Positions 49,636 through 59,360 of a stretch of DNA of 64,000 bases are shown in pieces. Positions within the stretch are counted from its first letter, which is position 1. Every line of letters begins with the position of its first letter. The notes beneath the pieces are model-generated. The model was given only the letters and a program-made list of their open reading frames with translations. It did no database searches and had not been told where the DNA came from. Position numbers and translations under genes: made by a program. Source of the stretch: Betaproteobacteria bacterium (GTDB taxonomy: Bacteria > Pseudomonadota > Gammaproteobacteria > Burkholderiales > Rhodocyclaceae); the NCBI GenBank assembly GCA_016709965.1, contig JADJLT010000003.1, forward strand, positions 48,005-112,004, read 5' to 3'.

Positions 49636-50394
49636 GTGATTACTTACGAATACCCGTTCAATGAGCGCATCCGCACACTGCTGCGTCTCGAGGACCTGTT
49701 CGAAAAATCCGCCTACTTTGCGCAGGATGACGGTGCGCTTGAGCACCATACGGCACTCGTTTCCCTGTTTGAAATTCTTGAAGTGGCCGGTCGCGCCGAC
49801 CTCAAGATGGATCTGATTCAGGAACTGGAAAGACAGCGTCAAACCCTGCTGGCCTTTCGCAATAATCCCGAAATTTCCGAAGAAGCGCTTTCTGGTGCGC
49901 TTTATGAAATCGAGCAGTCATCTGCCGCATTGCTTGGCATGACCGGCAAGATTGGCCAGTACCTGCGCGAAAACGACTGGTTGATGGGTATCAAGAGCCG
50001 GGCGGCAATTCCAGGTGGCGTCTGCGAATTTGATCTGCCGTCCTACCACTGGTGGTTGCATCGCCCGAGTGAAGTTCGGCGCAGCGCGCTGGAGGGGTGG
50101 ACCAAGCCGATGTTGCCCTTGCGTGATGCGGCAACGATTGTCCTGCGCCTGCTGCGATCCAGTGGTCGCCCCAAAAACTACGCTGCTACCAACGGACAGT
50201 TTCAGCTCAATCTGAGTGGTTCGGCGGCGCAAATGGTTCGTGTCACCTTGAGTGCCGAGGAACAGGCCATCCCCGAAGTCAGCGCCAACAAGTATTTCCT
50301 GAATATTCGTTTCACCAAGCCGCCGGCCGGTGAAATCAAGGCGCGTAGCTGCGAGCGCGACGTCGCGTTCGATCTGACCTTCTGTAATCTTTAG
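49636..50394 (+). CDS. zapD: Cell-division protein ZapD
   Basis: ITYEYPFNERIRTLLRLE...; 252 aa; conserved position after coaE. Confidence 0.9.
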   Translation: MITYEYPFNERIRTLLRLEDLFEKSAYFAQDDGALEHHTALVSLFEILEVAGRADLKMDLIQELERQRQTLLAFRNNPEISEEALSGALYEIEQSSAALLGMTGKIGQYLRENDWLMGIKSRAAIPGGVCEFDLPSYHWWLHRPSEVRRSALEGWTKPMLPLRDAATIVLRLLRSSGRPKNYAATNGQFQLNLSGSAAQMVRVTLSAEEQAIPEVSANKYFLNIRFTKPPAGEIKARSCERDVAFDLTFCNL

Positions 50395-50667
50395 GCCGGT
50401 TAGGCCCCAAGTCGAGCTGCGCTTTTCGCGTTTAGCCGCCTCCCCCTTTTCTTTCTGCTTCCTGCTGATTTTGGCTTGCCTCCGGTGCTTTAAGCGTGCT
50501 GCTTGCTTGGTCGTCTATACGTCAATCGCTCATTGTTTTTGCCATGTAATTGCAGTAGTCTGAGATTGCATTTGTCATTGGCGTGAGGCGGCCGTCAACA
50601 TGCTCTCCACTATTGATCTTTTGCCGGGTTTTATCTTGCATTTCCGTTTCGGAAAAGGAAACTCATC

Positions 50668-53274
50668 ATGTTCCGTCGATCATTTTCTCTAGGATTTTTT
50701 TTGCTGCTCGGTGTTCTGCATTGCCAAGCAGTGTTGGCACTTGGAGCAAAAGATGCCTGTTCCTGGAAAGCCAGTTTTATTGCCACGGGATCGATGTCTG
50801 CTCCGCGGGCGGGCCATGCTGCCACGGTTTTGCTTGACCGGCGGGTCTTGATCAGCGGGGGAAGTACGCCTGTCAATGCGGTCAATGTGGGAGAAATTTT
50901 CAGTCCGGCGACCGGGCTTTTTGTGCCGACGCAAAATTTGATCTCGCCGCGCTATTTCCATACTGCAACCTTGCTTGACTCCGGGAAAGTCCTGGTTGCG
51001 GGTGGCAGTATCGGCGGTGGAAGCGCGGGGGCGCTGGCCAGTGCCGAGATCTTTGATCCAGCGAGTAATGGTTTTGCCGCAACCGGTTCATTACTCAAGG
51101 CGCGTGTCGACCACAGCGCGACGCTGTTGGGCGATGGCAAGGTGCTTCTGGTTGGAGGCAGTGGGGTGGCTGGCGGCTCGTCGACAGGGCCGGTTGCCGA
51201 GCTGGAATTATTTGATCCGGCATCTGGAACGTTTAGTGTGGTTGGCAATCTGGCCACGCCCCGTTCTCACCATACCGCGACCCGTCTGACGGGAAGTCCG
51301 GCAGGTATTGACGAAGTCCTGATTGTCGGTGGCAACGGCCCGTTCAGCGCGACTGAAAATGTTGAAATCCTTTCCTACAACAGGGCGACACGAACGGTAA
51401 GTACACGTGCCGCGCCTTCACTGGCATCCGCTCGTCAGGATCATGCGGCGACCTTGCTGGCGGATGGCAGCGTTCTTGTGACCGGCGGGGCCGATCGTAA
51501 CTATCAGCCTGTGGCGGCAGTTGAGCGCTGGAACAGAACGGTGGTTGCACCAGCCGGCGTGCTGAGTCATCCCCGCATGAATCACTTCGCAACCTTGCTG
51601 CCCACCGGGCAGGTGCTGGTGGCTGGCGGACTGGATACTCAGGCAGTCGCGCCCACCGAGCTTTACACCCCAGGGGCCGGCTTCAAGGACGCGGGCAATA
51701 TGGTAACGCCGCGCTTCTACGCTGTAGCAGCCCCTTTGCCGAACGGACAGGTCTTGTACGCCGGCGGCTTTGATGCCTCGTTTCTGAATCAAGTGGCAGG
51801 TGCCGAGATTTACGATCCGTTCTGGGCCGGCGTCGGCCCGATGAACGAGGGACGCTCCAGTCATTCGAGTACCTTGCTGGTCGATGGTAGGGTCTTGCTT
51901 GCCGGTGGCGGTGATGGCATGGGCGCCGCAAGAGGCAGTGCGGAGTTGTTCGATCCGGCGACGATGAGTTTTACTCGGGTCGCCATGCAGGGCGCTCGCG
52001 AGAAACATTCGGCAACACTACTGACGAGTGGCGATGTGTTGTTGACCGGCGGGCAAAATGGCACAGGTCATTTCTTATCTGCATCCGAAATATTCAATCC
52101 GGCGGCCAATAATTTCAGTGGTACTGCCGCCCTCTCTGTACCACGCCTTGATCATACGGCTACCTTGCTGTCTGACGGGCGGGTACTAGTGACGGGTGGC
52201 TTTTCGCCCACGCCCCAGCGGACGACGGAGTTTTTCAGCTGGAATGCTGTTAGCAGACAAGGGACGTTCGCCGCAGGTCCGGACATGACGCGGGACCGGC
52301 GCGGTCACGCTGCGGTTCGCGTGAGCAATGGGCGGGTTCTGGTATCGGGTGGCTGGAGCGATCTGGTGAGCGGAATTACCTATGCGGTGGAAGAGTTTGA
52401 TCCCGTCGCCAACGCATTTTCGGCTTTTCCGAATTCGTCGTGGATGGTGACCAATCGTAAGGATCACCGCATGGCAGCAGTCGCCGGTCAGGCGTCGGCG
52501 CTGCTAGTTGGTGGGCTGACTTCCGGGATTACCCCGACGAAGTCCTTCGAAACGGTGCCAGCCGGCAGCCAGGGGCAAACCCAGCAAGCTCGTTTTCATC
52601 ATGCCATGACCGAGATTGGGCGGGGCGCCAGTGCTTTTTGGGTGATTGGCGGACAAGATACGTATTCCGGGAATCCTCTGGCCACGGTCGAGAGTCTTGA
52701 CCCGACCAATCTGGGAATGACGAACGTGGTTCCTGAGTTGGGGACTGGTCGGGCCAACCATACGGCAACGCTTCTTGCCGATGGGAGAGTACTGGTCGCA
52801 GGTGGAACGCGAACCATGGATGGCACGACGCCTACTGCTGAAATTTCGAAATCGACGGTCTGTCGGCTGATTGCTGTACATCCCAGGCCGGGGCATTTTT
52901 CATTCGAGAAGGTGTACCTTCGTATCGAATCCAAGGCCGTCGCGCTTAGGGCGCTGGTTGGCAATGCCGGGCGGGTCAATAACCCGGCATCGACCATTCG
53001 TTACGATGTTGTTGCGCGGGATGGCTCCGATCTGCGCGTCGCCGCTGGTGAAATGCGGGTGCCGAAACTTGGCCCGGGTGAGAAGGTTCGTCTGAGCTCA
53101 CGTTTTGATATACCTGCCCGTTTGCCCAAGGGGGCGTATGGCATTCAGGCCTGTCTGCCGCCGCAATCCGGTGTGGCCGGCCAGTGTTTTGATACCACAG
53201 GCCGCATTGAGGTCGTCGGGCTAAAAAGTGTTTCAGTGATGCAGTTCCCGTTTCTCGGTGAATCCGGGAAGTAA
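50668..53274 (+). CDS. Secreted Kelch-repeat protein (about 14 blades) with a C-terminal Ig/CARDB-like domain
   Basis: Signal peptide. Fourteen repeats of H(T/S)ATLL.DG(R/K)VLV.GG spaced about 50 aa apart. The last ~130 aa are beta-rich (RALVGNAGRVNNPAST...LPKGAYGIQACL). Confidence 0.8.
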   Translation: MFRRSFSLGFFLLLGVLHCQAVLALGAKDACSWKASFIATGSMSAPRAGHAATVLLDRRVLISGGSTPVNAVNVGEIFSPATGLFVPTQNLISPRYFHTATLLDSGKVLVAGGSIGGGSAGALASAEIFDPASNGFAATGSLLKARVDHSATLLGDGKVLLVGGSGVAGGSSTGPVAELELFDPASGTFSVVGNLATPRSHHTATRLTGSPAGIDEVLIVGGNGPFSATENVEILSYNRATRTVSTRAAPSLASARQDHAATLLADGSVLVTGGADRNYQPVAAVERWNRTVVAPAGVLSHPRMNHFATLLPTGQVLVAGGLDTQAVAPTELYTPGAGFKDAGNMVTPRFYAVAAPLPNGQVLYAGGFDASFLNQVAGAEIYDPFWAGVGPMNEGRSSHSSTLLVDGRVLLAGGGDGMGAARGSAELFDPATMSFTRVAMQGAREKHSATLLTSGDVLLTGGQNGTGHFLSASEIFNPAANNFSGTAALSVPRLDHTATLLSDGRVLVTGGFSPTPQRTTEFFSWNAVSRQGTFAAGPDMTRDRRGHAAVRVSNGRVLVSGGWSDLVSGITYAVEEFDPVANAFSAFPNSSWMVTNRKDHRMAAVAGQASALLVGGLTSGITPTKSFETVPAGSQGQTQQARFHHAMTEIGRGASAFWVIGGQDTYSGNPLATVESLDPTNLGMTNVVPELGTGRANHTATLLADGRVLVAGGTRTMDGTTPTAEISKSTVCRLIAVHPRPGHFSFEKVYLRIESKAVALRALVGNAGRVNNPASTIRYDVVARDGSDLRVAAGEMRVPKLGPGEKVRLSSRFDIPARLPKGAYGIQACLPPQSGVAGQCFDTTGRIEVVGLKSVSVMQFPFLGESGK

Positions 53275-53400
53275 TTTTCGCTAGCAGCATGCTTGGAGAC
53301 TGCGGCGTCCGCATTTCAGGGCGTCGCAGTCTTCAGCCCGTCTGAGTTATCGGGGATAATTCCATTTTTAGCCTGATTGTCTTTTCGGTAACGGTACACC

Positions 53401-53610
53401 ATGACTTCTCAACGCAAAGTTCGTTGCCCACAATGTGGTAAGGATGCCCTTTGGGCGCCCGAAAATCCGTATCGCCCATTTTGTTCCGAGCGCTGCAAGC
53501 AGATTGATCTGGGGTGCTGGGCTAGCGATTCTTATCGCATCGGTGGCGCAGTGAGCGACGAAGAGGCCGGTATGCCGGGTATCGATTTTCCGGATCAGCC
53601 CGAACGTTGA
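53401..53610 (+). CDS. yacG: DNA gyrase inhibitor YacG (zinc finger)
   Basis: VRCPQCGK...[16 protein letters not shown]. Confidence 0.9.
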   Translation: MTSQRKVRCPQCGKDALWAPENPYRPFCSERCKQIDLGCWASDSYRIGGAVSDEEAGMPGIDFPDQPER

Positions 53611-53630
53611 AGTTGGCCGTCCGGTGATCT

Positions 53631-53670
53631 TCTACGGTCAACCGGAAATTTTGCCCAAAATCGAAATATT
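53631..53670 (+). repeat. Dispersed CGGTCAAC/A-tract repeat, copy c4 (between convergent genes)
   Basis: TCTACGGTCAACCGGAAATTTTGCCCAAAATCGAAATATT. Confidence 0.8.
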
Positions 53671-53683
53671 CTGGCGGCGAGGT

Positions 53684-54628
53684 TTACCAGCCGCGCATCA
53701 GCGCGATGCCGTGGGCACCGTGATTTTCCGCTTCGCGCAGCATGTCCGGCAGCATGCCACCCAGGGCAAAAACTGGCAGCGTGTTGCCGATAAGTTGCTT
53801 TTCAACTTCTGCCCAGCCAAGTCCTTTGGCTTCGGGGTGGGTTGGCGTTGGCAAAACGGGGCCCAGCAATGCGTAGTCGAAGTCGAGATGGCCCGCGCGG
53901 GTGATTTCGTCGGCGCTGTGGCAGGAGGCGCCTACCCAAGCGAAGTCAGGGCGCTGCGCGCAGTTGGCGAGGCGGACTGACGAAAAATGGATGCCATTGG
54001 CGCCGACCTGACGGGCGATTTCTTCATCGTCATTAATGACAACCAGCGCATCGTAACGATGTGCCATTTGACAGACCATTTTTGCAAACGAATGGCGTTC
54101 GGCTGCTGACAAGCCTTTGTCGCGTACCTGGATTAGTCGCAGGCCGCCTTTCAGGGCGTTTTCCAGTCGTTTCAGCTGGCGTTCGACGCCTTCGATTGCG
54201 GCCATCGTGATGGCCATCGTTGTCGGCAGCGACAGCGCTTTCAGGATGGGATCGTTGGCCGGCAGGATGGGGGCGACGGTGGCAGCCTTGCCCGTTATTT
54301 GCCAGTCAACCGCTGAGTGCTCCAGTGGCGCGGTAATCCCGATTTCGCCTTGCCAGGCCGTGACCCGCCAGAAGTTAAGGCGTACGGTGGCGTGCGGGTA
54401 GGTGAATTGGCGGGTTAGCCACGGCGAACATTCGGTCACAGTGATGCCTAGCTCCTCCTGCAATTCGCGAATCAGCGCCTGACGAACGGTCTCGCCGGGC
54501 TCGACCTTGCCACCGGGGAACTCCCAGTAACCAGCGTAAACCTTGCCCTCCGGCCGCTGGGCCAGCAGGAACTCGCGGCCGTTGGCGCGCAGCATGACGG
54601 CAGCAGCCACTTCGACGATCTTGGTCAC
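53684..54628 (-). CDS. mutT: Nudix (MutT-type 8-oxo-dGTP diphosphatase) fused to a ThiE/TenI-like domain
   Basis: Nudix box GGKVEPGETVRQALIRELQEELG. C-terminal IQVRDK...ALGGM pattern of thiamine-phosphate synthase-like folds. Confidence 0.85.
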   Translation of the reverse strand: MTKIVEVAAAVMLRANGREFLLAQRPEGKVYAGYWEFPGGKVEPGETVRQALIRELQEELGITVTECSPWLTRQFTYPHATVRLNFWRVTAWQGEIGITAPLEHSAVDWQITGKAATVAPILPANDPILKALSLPTTMAITMAAIEGVERQLKRLENALKGGLRLIQVRDKGLSAAERHSFAKMVCQMAHRYDALVVINDDEEIARQVGANGIHFSSVRLANCAQRPDFAWVGASCHSADEITRAGHLDFDYALLGPVLPTPTHPEAKGLGWAEVEKQLIGNTLPVFALGGMLPDMLREAENHGAHGIALMRGW

Positions 54629-55515
54629 TTGTTTTTCTTTCGCTTTGGCTTCTGACGACCGGCCAGATCCTTGGCGAATTGCCAGGCTACACGGCCGGAG
54701 CGTGAGCCGCGGCTAAGTGCCCAGTTCAGTGCTTCACGTTCGCACGCAGCGATGACTTCTTCGGTAACACCCAGTTGGCGTGCCCAGTGATTGGCGATGG
54801 CCAGATAGTCGTCCTGGCTGAAAGGGTAGAAAGAAATCCAGAGACCGAAACGTTCGGATAGCGAGATCTTCTCTTCAGTCGTCTCGCCGGGATGAATTTC
54901 GTCGTTAACGCGATGCGTTTCGAGATTTTCCGAAAAGTATTCCGGCATCAGGTGGCGGCGATTCGAAGTCGCGTAAATCAGCACGTTGTCGGGCGGTGCG
55001 GCGATGGAGCCGTCGAGAACCGATTTGAGTGCTTTGTAGGCAGTCTCGCCGGCTTCGAAGGATAGGTCGTCACAAAAAATGATGAATTTCTCCGGTCGAC
55101 CGTTAATCAGATCCACGATGTCCGGCAGGTCGATCAGATCTTCCTTGTCTACCTCGATCAGGCGTAGACCCTTACTCGAAAAATGGTTGAGCACCGCCTT
55201 GACCAGAGAGGATTTCCCCGAGCCGCGGGAGCCGGTCAGCAGTACGTTGTTGGCCGTCTGGCCGGCAACAAATTGGCGGGTATTGGCGGTAATGCGTTCT
55301 TTCTGGTTGTCAATGTTCTCCAAATCGCTCAGGCGAATCGGGTGCGGCTGACGAACCGCCTGTAACCAGCCACGCCCATTACTCTTTCGCCAGCGAAAAG
55401 CGACAGCGGCACCCCAGTCCGGTAGCTCCGGTGTAGGGGGCAGTACCGCCTCAAGGCGAGCAAGGACGGCCTCGGCACGGACAAGCAGGTGTTCCAACGA
55501 CGTTGGTTTGGGCAT
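54625..55515 (-). CDS. DUF815-type AAA-like ATP-binding protein
   Basis: Walker A LLTGSRGSGKSSLV, Walker B FIIFCDDLSF. The ATG at 55515 (MPKPTSLEHL) is preferred over the 408-aa extension. Confidence 0.75.
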   Translation of the reverse strand: MPKPTSLEHLLVRAEAVLARLEAVLPPTPELPDWGAAVAFRWRKSNGRGWLQAVRQPHPIRLSDLENIDNQKERITANTRQFVAGQTANNVLLTGSRGSGKSSLVKAVLNHFSSKGLRLIEVDKEDLIDLPDIVDLINGRPEKFIIFCDDLSFEAGETAYKALKSVLDGSIAAPPDNVLIYATSNRRHLMPEYFSENLETHRVNDEIHPGETTEEKISLSERFGLWISFYPFSQDDYLAIANHWARQLGVTEEVIAACEREALNWALSRGSRSGRVAWQFAKDLAGRQKPKRKKNK

Positions 55516-55561
55516 GGTGGCAGGTATACTTCTCGGCAAATTGAGAACTCTAGCGAAACCC

Positions 55562-56791
55562 ATGCGAAAAATCCAAGCAGTCGCTCTTTTATTTATTACC
55601 TTACTGGCAGGCTGTTCCACGGTGCCGCCCGCCACAGTTCCTGCGGCTTGTACGCCCAGCGTCTCAAGCTGTCCGGCTTGCCCGGTATGCCCGACGGTGC
55701 AGCCGGTAGCTACGCCGACGACGCCGCCTGTTTTTTCGCGCACTTTCCAGGCGGCAAGCTGGAGTGATCTTCCCGGTTGGTCGGAGGATGATGTTGCTGC
55801 GGCATGGCCGGCCTTCATGCTCTCCTGTCGTGGGGTGGCAAGCAAGCCCAATGGCCCTGGCTGGAAACGAGTCTGCGATCTGGCGCGGGCAGCAGACGGG
55901 AAGCCCGGCCATAACCCGCGCCGCTTCTTCGAGCAGCACCTGAAACCTTATGCGGTTTCATCCGGCGATGGCGTGATCAGCGGAATGGTCACTGGCTATT
56001 ACGAGCCACTACTGAACGGCAGTCGAACACGAGCCAAAGGCTATGAACAGCCTGTGCGTGGTGTCCCGGATGACCTGCTGACGATCGACCTGTCAGCGGT
56101 ATTTCCTGAATTGAAAGACAAGCGAGTGCGCGGCCGTCTGGAGGGAAACAAGGTCGTTCCCTACTGGTCGCGCGCAGAAATCTCCGCACGTGGCGAAAAA
56201 CTGCCGGGCAAAGCGCTGCTTTACGTTGACGATGCGGTTGAACTTTTCTTCCTGCAAGTGCAGGGTTCAGGGCGGGTCAGGCTGACTGATGGCAGTACCG
56301 CTCGCTTGAATTACGCTGATCAGAACGGACACCCTTATCAATCCATTGGCAGGTTGCTTGTCGAACGCGGTGAATTGAAACTGGAAGAGGCCTCGATGCA
56401 GGGGATTCAGGCTTGGGCTCGCGCCAATCCTACGCGCCTGGATAACTTGCTGAATTCAAACCCGAGTTACGTCTTCTTCCGTGAAGTGCCAAACGGTCAG
56501 GGTGGCCCGACTGGCGCACTGGGTGTGCCGCTGACGGCGGAGCGAAGTATTGCCATTGATCCACGCTCGATACCACTGGGTTCGCCGGTCTTTTTGGCGA
56601 CGACCCGTCCAAATTCTGCGCTGCCGTTGAATCGCCTGGTCATGGCCCAGGATACGGGTGGGGCGATCAAAGGGGCGGTGCGCGCCGATTTTTTCTGGGG
56701 CTTCGGCAAGGAGGCTGGTGACCTCGCCGGGCGGATGAAGCAGAGTGGTCGGCTATGGATTTTGCTGCCGCACGAGCTCTCCCCTAAATGA
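55562..56791 (+). CDS. mltA: Membrane-bound lytic murein transglycosylase A
   Basis: Lipobox LLAGCS from the ATG at 55562. YYEP...YADQNGHPY.SIGR...NPSYVFF...AQDTGGAIKG. Confidence 0.9.
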   Translation: MRKIQAVALLFITLLAGCSTVPPATVPAACTPSVSSCPACPVCPTVQPVATPTTPPVFSRTFQAASWSDLPGWSEDDVAAAWPAFMLSCRGVASKPNGPGWKRVCDLARAADGKPGHNPRRFFEQHLKPYAVSSGDGVISGMVTGYYEPLLNGSRTRAKGYEQPVRGVPDDLLTIDLSAVFPELKDKRVRGRLEGNKVVPYWSRAEISARGEKLPGKALLYVDDAVELFFLQVQGSGRVRLTDGSTARLNYADQNGHPYQSIGRLLVERGELKLEEASMQGIQAWARANPTRLDNLLNSNPSYVFFREVPNGQGGPTGALGVPLTAERSIAIDPRSIPLGSPVFLATTRPNSALPLNRLVMAQDTGGAIKGAVRADFFWGFGKEAGDLAGRMKQSGRLWILLPHELSPK

Positions 56792-56900
56792 TGCGTTATG
56801 GCACCAAGATGGAACTTGTGCGTCACAAAATGCACCATTAAAGTGCCATTTGGTCGGTGTTCGGTTTTGCAATGCACTGATTTGCATCATTAATGGCGCA

Positions 56901-56917
56901 CTGGAATGGTGCTTGCT
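56901..56917 (+). promoter_or_regulatory. Candidate sigma-54 promoter upstream of amt
   Basis: CTGGAATGGTGCTTGCT. GG and GC are spaced 12 nt apart as in TGGCAC-N5-TTGCW. Partial NtrC-like dyads (TGCACCATTAAAGTGCC, GCACTGGAATGGTGC) lie in 56830-56915. Confidence 0.35.
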
Positions 56918-56950
56918 TTCTAAACGCCCATTCTTTGTTTGGGGTGTTTC

Positions 56951-58153
56951 ATGGAAACGTATCAATCCAGCAGTAATGTGTTGTTCATCTTATTGGGCGC
57001 CATCATGGTGCTCGCCATGCACGCCGGTTTTGCCTTCCTCGAAGTGGGCACGGTCCGCAAGAAAAATCAGGTCAACGCCTTAGTCAAGATTCTGAGTGAT
57101 TTTGGAATCTCGACGGTTGCCTACTTCTTCGTTGGCTACAGCATTGCCTACGGCGTCAATTTTTTCTCTGGCGTTGAAACATTGATGGAAAAAAATGGAT
57201 ATGAACTGACCAAATTTTTCTTTCTGCTGACTTTTGCGGCCGCTATTCCGGCGATTATTTCCGGCGGAATAGCCGAGCGGGCCAAGTTCAATCCGCAATT
57301 GATAGCCACTTTTCTGCTGGTCGGTTTTGTCTATCCTTTTTATGAAGGTATCGCCTGGAATCAGGCATTCGGCATCCAGGCCTGGCTGAAGGCAAGCTTT
57401 GGCGAAGAGTTTCATGATTTCGCCGGTTCGGTTGTGGTTCACGCCATGGGCGGCTGGATTGCACTGCCTGCGGTTCTTCTGCTCGGCGCACGTTACGGCC
57501 GCTATAGCAAGGATGGCCGGATCTCGGCGCATCCGCCATCATCGATTCCCTTTTTGGCGCTGGGTGCCTGGATTCTGACTGTCGGCTGGTTCGGATTCAA
57601 TGTCATGAGCGCTCAGACCCTCGACAAGATATCCGGTCTAGTGGCCTTGAATTCCTTGATGGCCATGGTCGGCGGTACGCTGGTTGCGCTGGTCGCCGGG
57701 AAAAATGACCCGGGCTTTCTGCATAACGGCCCTTTGGCGGGCCTGGTCGCGGTCTGTGCCGGCTCCGATTTAATGCACCCAATTGGGGCGTTGGTCGTCG
57801 GTGGTGTGGCGGGGGCTCTCTTCGTGGGTATGTTCACCTTGGTGCAGAATCGCTGGAAAATTGATGACGTGCTCGGCGTCTGGCCGCTGCATGGCATGTG
57901 CGGTGCTTGGGGCGGGATAGCCGCAGGAGTCTTCGGCAGCAAGGCCTTGGGAGGTGCGGGCGGTATTGCCTTCATGCCGCAACTGATCATGACGGCGTTG
58001 GCGATCCTGGTTGCCCTGATCGGTGGCACCCTCGTTTATGGCGTGCTCAAGGCAACCTTGGGCCTACGCCTGGATCAGGACGAAGAATACGATGGGGCAG
58101 ATATCAGCATCCATAGAATTACCTCCACGCCGGAGCGCGAGCCAAACTGGTAA
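56951..58153 (+). CDS. amt: Ammonium transporter
   Basis: Multi-TM protein. FAFLEVG, DFAGS.VVH..GG, GVWPLHG.CG.WG. ATG at 56951. Confidence 0.9.
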   Translation: METYQSSSNVLFILLGAIMVLAMHAGFAFLEVGTVRKKNQVNALVKILSDFGISTVAYFFVGYSIAYGVNFFSGVETLMEKNGYELTKFFFLLTFAAAIPAIISGGIAERAKFNPQLIATFLLVGFVYPFYEGIAWNQAFGIQAWLKASFGEEFHDFAGSVVVHAMGGWIALPAVLLLGARYGRYSKDGRISAHPPSSIPFLALGAWILTVGWFGFNVMSAQTLDKISGLVALNSLMAMVGGTLVALVAGKNDPGFLHNGPLAGLVAVCAGSDLMHPIGALVVGGVAGALFVGMFTLVQNRWKIDDVLGVWPLHGMCGAWGGIAAGVFGSKALGGAGGIAFMPQLIMTALAILVALIGGTLVYGVLKATLGLRLDQDEEYDGADISIHRITSTPEREPNW

Positions 58154-58220
58154 TTGACGTTGATCGCAATAAATAAAGTCTGTCGGAGTGTAATAAAGTC
58201 GGTCGGACAGAACTTAGTGA

Positions 58221-58247
58221 AGCCCCGCCATTGTGCGGGGCTTTTTG
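58221..58247 (+). terminator. Rho-independent terminator after amt
   Basis: AGCCCCGC-CATTGT-GCGGGGCT-TTTTG. Confidence 0.7.
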
Positions 58248-58262
58248 CTGATGGGCCTCCGG

Positions 58263-59360
58263 CTAAAACACATAGGCTTCAGCCAAACTTTTCTGAATCA
58301 GTTCCCGGTTGTACGAGTAGATGGGCTGAAGCTCTTTGGCAATATCTGCGGCAAGTTCCTCAACTTCCGCTTTCAAAAGGCGCAGCCCTTCGAATTTATC
58401 AGGGGAGTCAAACACTTTTCTTGACATGTCCGGAACGTCGATCATTTTTGCCTGTGCCGAATTGGCCTCAAGGTACTGCAAATAGGCGAGTATTTCCCCA
58501 ACTAGAGACAGCTCAAGATAGTAGGGTTTATTCAGCGCTTGGCTATCGAGGTTCCACACAATCGACGCAATGTCGTAACTGCTCAATTTGATGTCTTTTG
58601 ATGAATCTCTCTTGAGGTTTTTAAGTAACCGAATAACCTTTTTTGTTCCGCCATTGGTTAGGGACTCCTTGTCCTGAATTTTTTGCATGTGGAGGAAAGG
58701 TCTGTTGGCGATAAGCTTTTTCTCAAACTTGTCCAGAATGCGAATTTCACGATCGTGTTTTTCTCGTGATATCTGATATGCCGCCGAGTCATGCCAATGA
58801 CTCGGAACGACATCGATTTTTCGTTGCAATGAGCCACCTGATACACAAATAGACTTGGCTCCTGATTTATCTACCTTGGCCGAAGGAAATTTCTGGTCAA
58901 GAATCGATTCGCAACGGCTGCGGAGCGCAACCATCTCATCTAGAACAGTGCCTGACAACGTTACGTAGGTAGATGCTTTGCATCCTGTCCAGTCTACCGT
59001 GACAAAACCGCCGTGAAGTACGAGCAGATCAATGTCACTCGTACGACGGATGTGGATATCGAGAGGCACAGATCCTTGGTACTCAAAATAGGCAGGAATT
59101 CCAAGCGTTTGGAGACCTGCGTCGAGTTGTTTCTTAACGCGATCGCCTTCCTGGATGCTGACCTCGGTGTATTTTGCGTCGAGTGCTTGCATCGCACCTA
59201 ACGCATACTTGATGGCCTCTGTTTTTCCGCGGGTTTCATATGCTTCAGTTAGCGATTTATGTAGTGATGCGCTGTCGAAGGCGGCAGATAGTGCCGCGCT
59301 GGCATCAAGGCCAAGCCGGCGACTGCGCATATTCGCCAGTTTTTGGGTGTAATTAGACAT
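58263..59360 (-). CDS. CD-NTase / SMODS-type nucleotidyltransferase (CBASS cyclase candidate)
   Basis: Pol-beta NTase signature GSVPLDIHIRRTSDIDLLVL plus a third acidic site KIDVVPS, then an all-helical C-terminal half. 365 aa from the ATG at 59360, preceded by AAGGAG at 7 nt. Local GC is visibly lower than the flanks. Confidence 0.65.
   Translation of the reverse strand: MSNYTQKLANMRSRRLGLDASAALSAAFDSASLHKSLTEAYETRGKTEAIKYALGAMQALDAKYTEVSIQEGDRVKKQLDAGLQTLGIPAYFEYQGSVPLDIHIRRTSDIDLLVLHGGFVTVDWTGCKASTYVTLSGTVLDEMVALRSRCESILDQKFPSAKVDKSGAKSICVSGGSLQRKIDVVPSHWHDSAAYQISREKHDREIRILDKFEKKLIANRPFLHMQKIQDKESLTNGGTKKVIRLLKNLKRDSSKDIKLSSYDIASIVWNLDSQALNKPYYLELSLVGEILAYLQYLEANSAQAKMIDVPDMSRKVFDSPDKFEGLRLLKAEVEELAADIAKELQPIYSYNRELIQKSLAEAYVF

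Noticed and set aside
54625-55851. 408-aa version of the DUF815 ATPase and 427-aa version of MltA, with mutually overlapping 5' extensions
   Set aside because: The extensions overlap each other on opposite strands. The internal ATGs at 55515 and 55562 give a normal N-terminus and a lipoprotein signal, respectively.
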